DNA from: Paramecium tetraurelia
Taxonomy: Eukaryota
Length of the DNA: 64,000 nucleotides
NCBI GenBank assembly: GCA_000165425.1
Contig: CT868051.1
Location: 124,001-188,000 of the forward strand
Direction of reading: 5' to 3'
Below the pieces are notes generated by a model. The model saw only the letters and a program-made list of their open reading frames with translations, was not told the origin of the DNA and made no database searches. Both the position numbers and the translations under genes were made by a program. Below, one piece after another: positions 59,943-64,000 of this stretch. Position 1 is the stretch's first letter, and every line of letters starts with the position of its first letter.

Positions 59943-60092
59943 TTTAATATTATCAGTTTGACATTCAAAGCACTTATTCATTATATTACTATTTCATAAA
60001 ATTAATTAGCTACTCGTAGAAATTGTAAGACATTGAAACTTAAAAATATTCATCACATAAATTAATTATTATTCAAGAGAAATTAAGTATTT

Positions 60093-60479
60093 TCAATCTA
60101 ACACGAATGCTAACCAATCTTAATCTAATAATTTGTTTTATATATTTGATCTGTTTATTGATTTGATCCTGATCTATTTTCTTTGCATTGATCCCCTTGT
60201 AGTTAAACATTGGTCGACTGAAAATTCTTTTCTTTTTTGAAAGGAGGATTCAGGTCTCTCAGTAATCAAAGCCTTTTTATTCACGTGGCATATTTTATCA
60301 AGAATTTCTTTTGCATGCTTCTGAGTTGGAGTCACATAATGATATTCAAAGAGTGGTTTTTTTGTATAGAAATTCTTGTGCTTTGAAAAACGTGGTCGAA
60401 ACGAAAAGCTAGTTTCGTCGTCTAACAAAAGGTTTGATGCATCAATAAATATTTTTTGTCCATTTGATTTATGTCTCAT
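60093..60479 (-). CDS. Hypothetical basic protein, 128 aa
   Basis: ORF-track frame extends through TAG/TAA to QDWLAFVLD-TGA. Confidence 0.7.
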
Positions 60480-60752
60480 TAAATAAAATAAAATAGTTAT
60501 TATCTCAATAAAGATAATAAAATGACGATATATTTACTTTCTTCAATTCAGTTCATTACAGTTATATTTATTAATAATTGTCAGATTAGTTGGTGTTATG
60601 CAATTCTCATGAACTAATACGATGTGTATTAATAATGAGTAATAAAAATTATGAGCTATTATTATTTTTGAAATTAATGAAATATTTGAAAACGATATTT
60701 AGGTTAGATTTATTTAATAAAAGTAATTGATATATTAATATATTGAAACAAT

Positions 60753-61796
60753 ATGAGCTCTATTTCCATTTAGAGACACGTGAATTATGGGGAGGTGATT
60801 TTGATTGTTGGTGATTGTCATTTAGTGTAATGGAATGTGTAAAATGGAATTTAGATGGAATGGAATCCAGGAGATATTTGGAGAGCTCGTGTAGAGTGTT
60901 GTTGTTTACCCATGAATTACAGATACGTTATTGTGAAATAAAACAATCGACAAATCGTTGAATGGGAAGATGGAATAAATAGAGTTTTGAATTCCAAAGA
61001 CGATGTAGAAGATGCATGGAGTCACATCAAAATCAGAATCAAAGTGAACTCTTATGTTGATTCAAAGATGTTTGTAAATTTATATTCAGAAAAGGGGAGA
61101 TCCAAAATTAGACTAGATCAAGTAGTTACTGAGGAAAATGAATATGAGTATAGGATGGAATTGGAAATCCCTAGCAAATCAATTAATTCATATGCATTTA
61201 AGTACCAACAAGATCAAAAATGGGAACGAAATGGAGTCAGAGTATTTACCAAACATCCCATTCTGAATAATGTGATCGAAATCGCAGACTCTGACGTAGA
61301 CTTTGGTCTCAATTATAATCAAATATTGGAGAACCTCTATGTTGGTTCCTTTCTCTATAGCAAGTAAAATATAACGTAATTAGTTTTTAGTGAAATTCAC
61401 ATTCTATAGAAATTGGGAGTGGATGCCATAGTTAATCTATAAACGACTGAGGATCTGATCAACAAGGATTTACAAGAGGGTTACTTTGATCAAATCAGAG
61501 AATCTTGTCAATCATATCAGATAACGTATTCGCATTTTCCTATCCGAGATTGCAATAAGCGATCCTTCCTGTAGAAGGGAATGCAGGCTTATTAGATCTT
61601 GAAGAAACTGATTGAGGAAGGTAAGTGCGTCTATGTTCATTGTACTGATGGCATTCAGAGGAGCATTTAAACAGTCATACTCTATTTAGTATTGGATTTA
61701 AATTATTCTCTGGAAGACGCTATTACACTTGTGAAGACAGCCAGGAAGAGATCGAAGCCTATTCGAGAAGTATTGTAGTAACTCTTGGAACAGTGA
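60753..61796 (+). CDS. Laforin-like glucan phosphatase (CBM20 + degenerate second module + dual-specificity phosphatase)
   Basis: CBM20: VNYGEVILIVGD...WNVQNGIQMEWNPGDIW...YRYVI...EWEDGINRV; DSP: LNYNQILENLYVGS, LGVDAIVNLQTTED, FPIRD, VYVHCTDGIQRS; one intron at ~61364-61390. Confidence 0.88.
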
Positions 61797-61871
61797 GTGA
61801 TTTTTTTGTTATCCGATATTTGTAAATTATATATATTTATTCCCTGTATGTTTTTATATTTTTGTATTAAA

Positions 61872-62314
61872 TCATTTGCCATCGTATTGAGTGATGTTGT
61901 GTTTGAAATGCTCTAATTATTCTTCTGCATGATGTCTGTCCAAGATCTATTCATTCAACTTCTTCTCTTCTCCTTCAAGTCCTTTTCCAAATCCCTATGT
62001 AATTAATTCGTAAAACTTACCAACACATATCTGGGTGGTTATTTGAAATGGCCAAACTAAAATTAAATGTGATTCATACTGTTTCATGTAAGACTCCTGG
62101 GTCCATGTAGGCACAAAAGAATCCAATGGCGCAAGTGATATAAAACATAGTTCTTCCAAATCTGTAATCTACTGGAGACACCCATCCAAGATGAGTTTGA
62201 GTATGACCCTTTTGGGCTACAATCATGCATTCACAATTTACCTGTCAGATTTTAGTACTTGTTTTCATTAAAGAGCAGCCTGAAATTCCTATTGAAAATG
62301 CTAGCCTTTTGCAC
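61872..62314 (-). CDS. Small single-pass membrane protein (~120 aa), possibly mitochondrial; start codon uncertain
   Basis: Three clean tiny introns join (V)QKASIFNRNFRLLFNENKYQNLT-AQKGHTQTHLGWVSPVDYRFGRTMFYITCAIGFFCAYMDPGVLHET-FGHFKQPPRYVL-GFGKGLEG...QYDGK-TGA. Confidence 0.75.
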
Positions 62315-62385
62315 TAAAATTATATATATATTTATATAACAAAAGGGAAAGATAAAATATAATTAGAATAATATAAAAGTCACTT

Positions 62386-63733
62386 TCATTTATTTTCTAA
62401 TTGAAAAGAATCATCATCCATTTGTGGTTCATCTTCATCTAATTATTTATTTATTTAAGGTAGTTAAGTAAGTTTGTGTTAAGTTGATGGGGCACCTACA
62501 TTAAAAATTAAACAAGACCTTTTTAAATATAATCGGACTAGATAAAATTGATTAGTAGTTTGCCAATTTACAAACTGCAAGCTGCGCAATCAATCGAAAC
62601 TTTTTTGTCAATGGATACTAGAGTTCCAAATTTGCTTTTGTTGTCCTAGATCATGAAGTTGCCATCAGTCAATTTGATGGTGGCATGGTGTCTAGAGACA
62701 GTGATGTCTTAGGCTTTGATATCGCATTGGAATCCTCTTCCCTTTAAATATGGGGGATATGAATTACAATTTTGATATTGTCACTCAGAAGACTGTGGAT
62801 TAAATAGATTTCATTGCATTAAGTTCTTCTCTTTATTGATGTTCTAATGATAGAGGGGGAGTATACTTCTACTAGGATGTACTGTAGATCAGGTCTGTCG
62901 AGTGTAAAGAGATCGAAGTATTCATCTTCATACTGAACTCGAATTGGGAGACTTTCTTTGCAGATGGAACACTCATGTTGCTTGTTCCTAATATGAAGAA
63001 ATTAGTAACCATTTGAGAGTCAAGCCGAATTGAGTTTCTTCCTTGGTGATATTGGAATCTACCCAGTAACGTAAACAGTCCAAATGAACAGCCTAGCCAT
63101 TGCCAGCACAACGACAGATATTCGTAAGAAAGAGTTGATCCTTGCTCTGCCTTCCTTCCATGAAACAAAACTTACATTGATATGTCACATTGGAGTCACT
63201 GAGGAAGGAATACTAAAATTTGATTGTCTAATAGCATACTTTGAGGGAGCAGGGTGCTTGAAAAGTCTGCATGTGCTTGTTGCGTTCCTCGATGACCTTG
63301 TACTCACTTTAAATTAATAGTGTATAATTAGTACACTCTTCCCAAGCGAATGACGGAATTAACTACGAGAGGATATTCAGACCCATTGGATGATTTTATG
63401 TCCTTGACGACCATGAAGGGTGGCTGCATTACGGACAACAGGATTTCATAATGATTTTCTATTAATGTTGATAAATGGATCAATTTTACTTGACTTGCTC
63501 ACTTTAAGGAGCTGATTCTTGTTGGGCAACATCTCAGCACTCTCGGTGTAGACTTGATCTGCAAAATGCATTTCATTATTACTCTCTTCATATATCGTGG
63601 TTGAACCTCCTTTAAATTTCCACACTGGGAACGTGTCAGTCTGCTCATGATCAATCAGACCCATCCCCTGTTTCTGATCCTGCTTGATCTGCACTTCCAA
63701 GTTGCTTTTATAGGCTGGCATAATTATAATCAT
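62386..63733 (-). CDS. RING-CH (RINGv) + FHA domain protein, putative E3 ligase
   Basis: CKFC...ICRCAGNGQAVHLDCLRYW...CSICK (C4HC3) and FHA GRGFQCDIKAQDITVSRHHATI...QDNKSKFGTLV; multiple tiny introns; start at 63733 or 63721. Confidence 0.9.
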
Positions 63734-63757
63734 CTTGTTAATTAATAAAAATCGTTA

Positions 63758-64000
63758 ATGAGCAAGGTGTTCTCTCCAGATTAACGCAATCTAGGAGGTC
63801 GGCGAATTATATTGCAATAGATGCTCCAGCATCTGCATCATGTTGAGACTGCCAAGAGCACTCTCTCCCAAACCAACTCAAGCAGCAAATTACTCCGTCG
63901 AACTCCCTCTCCAGTTTTCAAATTCCTGGATCAATACAAGGAAGTCCTTAACACCTTTGACAAGGTACAAAAGATCCAATAAAAACGACCGTCCGTTGAG
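63758..64000 (+). CDS. Hypothetical protein, 5' part (runs off the window end)
   Basis: MSKVFSPDQRNLGGRRIILQQMLQHLHHVETAKSTL... open to 64000. Confidence 0.75.

Overview
AT-rich eukaryotic DNA that reads as a ciliate macronuclear chromosome segment, almost certainly Paramecium (aurelia complex, P. tetraurelia-like). Genes only open up with genetic code 6 (TAA/TAG=Gln, TGA the only stop) and contain tiny (about 22-31 nt) GT-AG introns, so the supplied standard-code ORF track is fragmentary. Left arm (1-18.6 kb), densely packed: NAP1, a SAXO/STOP-like protein, an alpha/beta hydrolase, two large hypothetical genes, a CAMK-type kinase, HSBP1, a MORN protein and GCP3. Middle (18.6-26.9 kb): a gene-poor zone of decayed reading frames containing a 150-N gap. 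Then two tandem ~7.6 kb Cys-periodic surface (immobilisation) antigen genes, probably D-type, on the minus strand; they are mosaics of identical and strongly diverged blocks and carry at least 8 single-base insertions. Right arm (45-64 kb), dense again: coiled-coil proteins, DOHH, an intronless bacterial-type GyrI-like gene (HGT candidate), a BEACH-WD40 protein, a trichocyst matrix protein, a laforin-like glucan phosphatase, a small membrane protein with no obvious ATG, and a RING-CH/FHA protein. No rRNA, tRNA, CRISPR, transposase or telomeric repeat array was seen. All translations and alignments were done by eye; family assignments rest on recalled motifs, not database searches.
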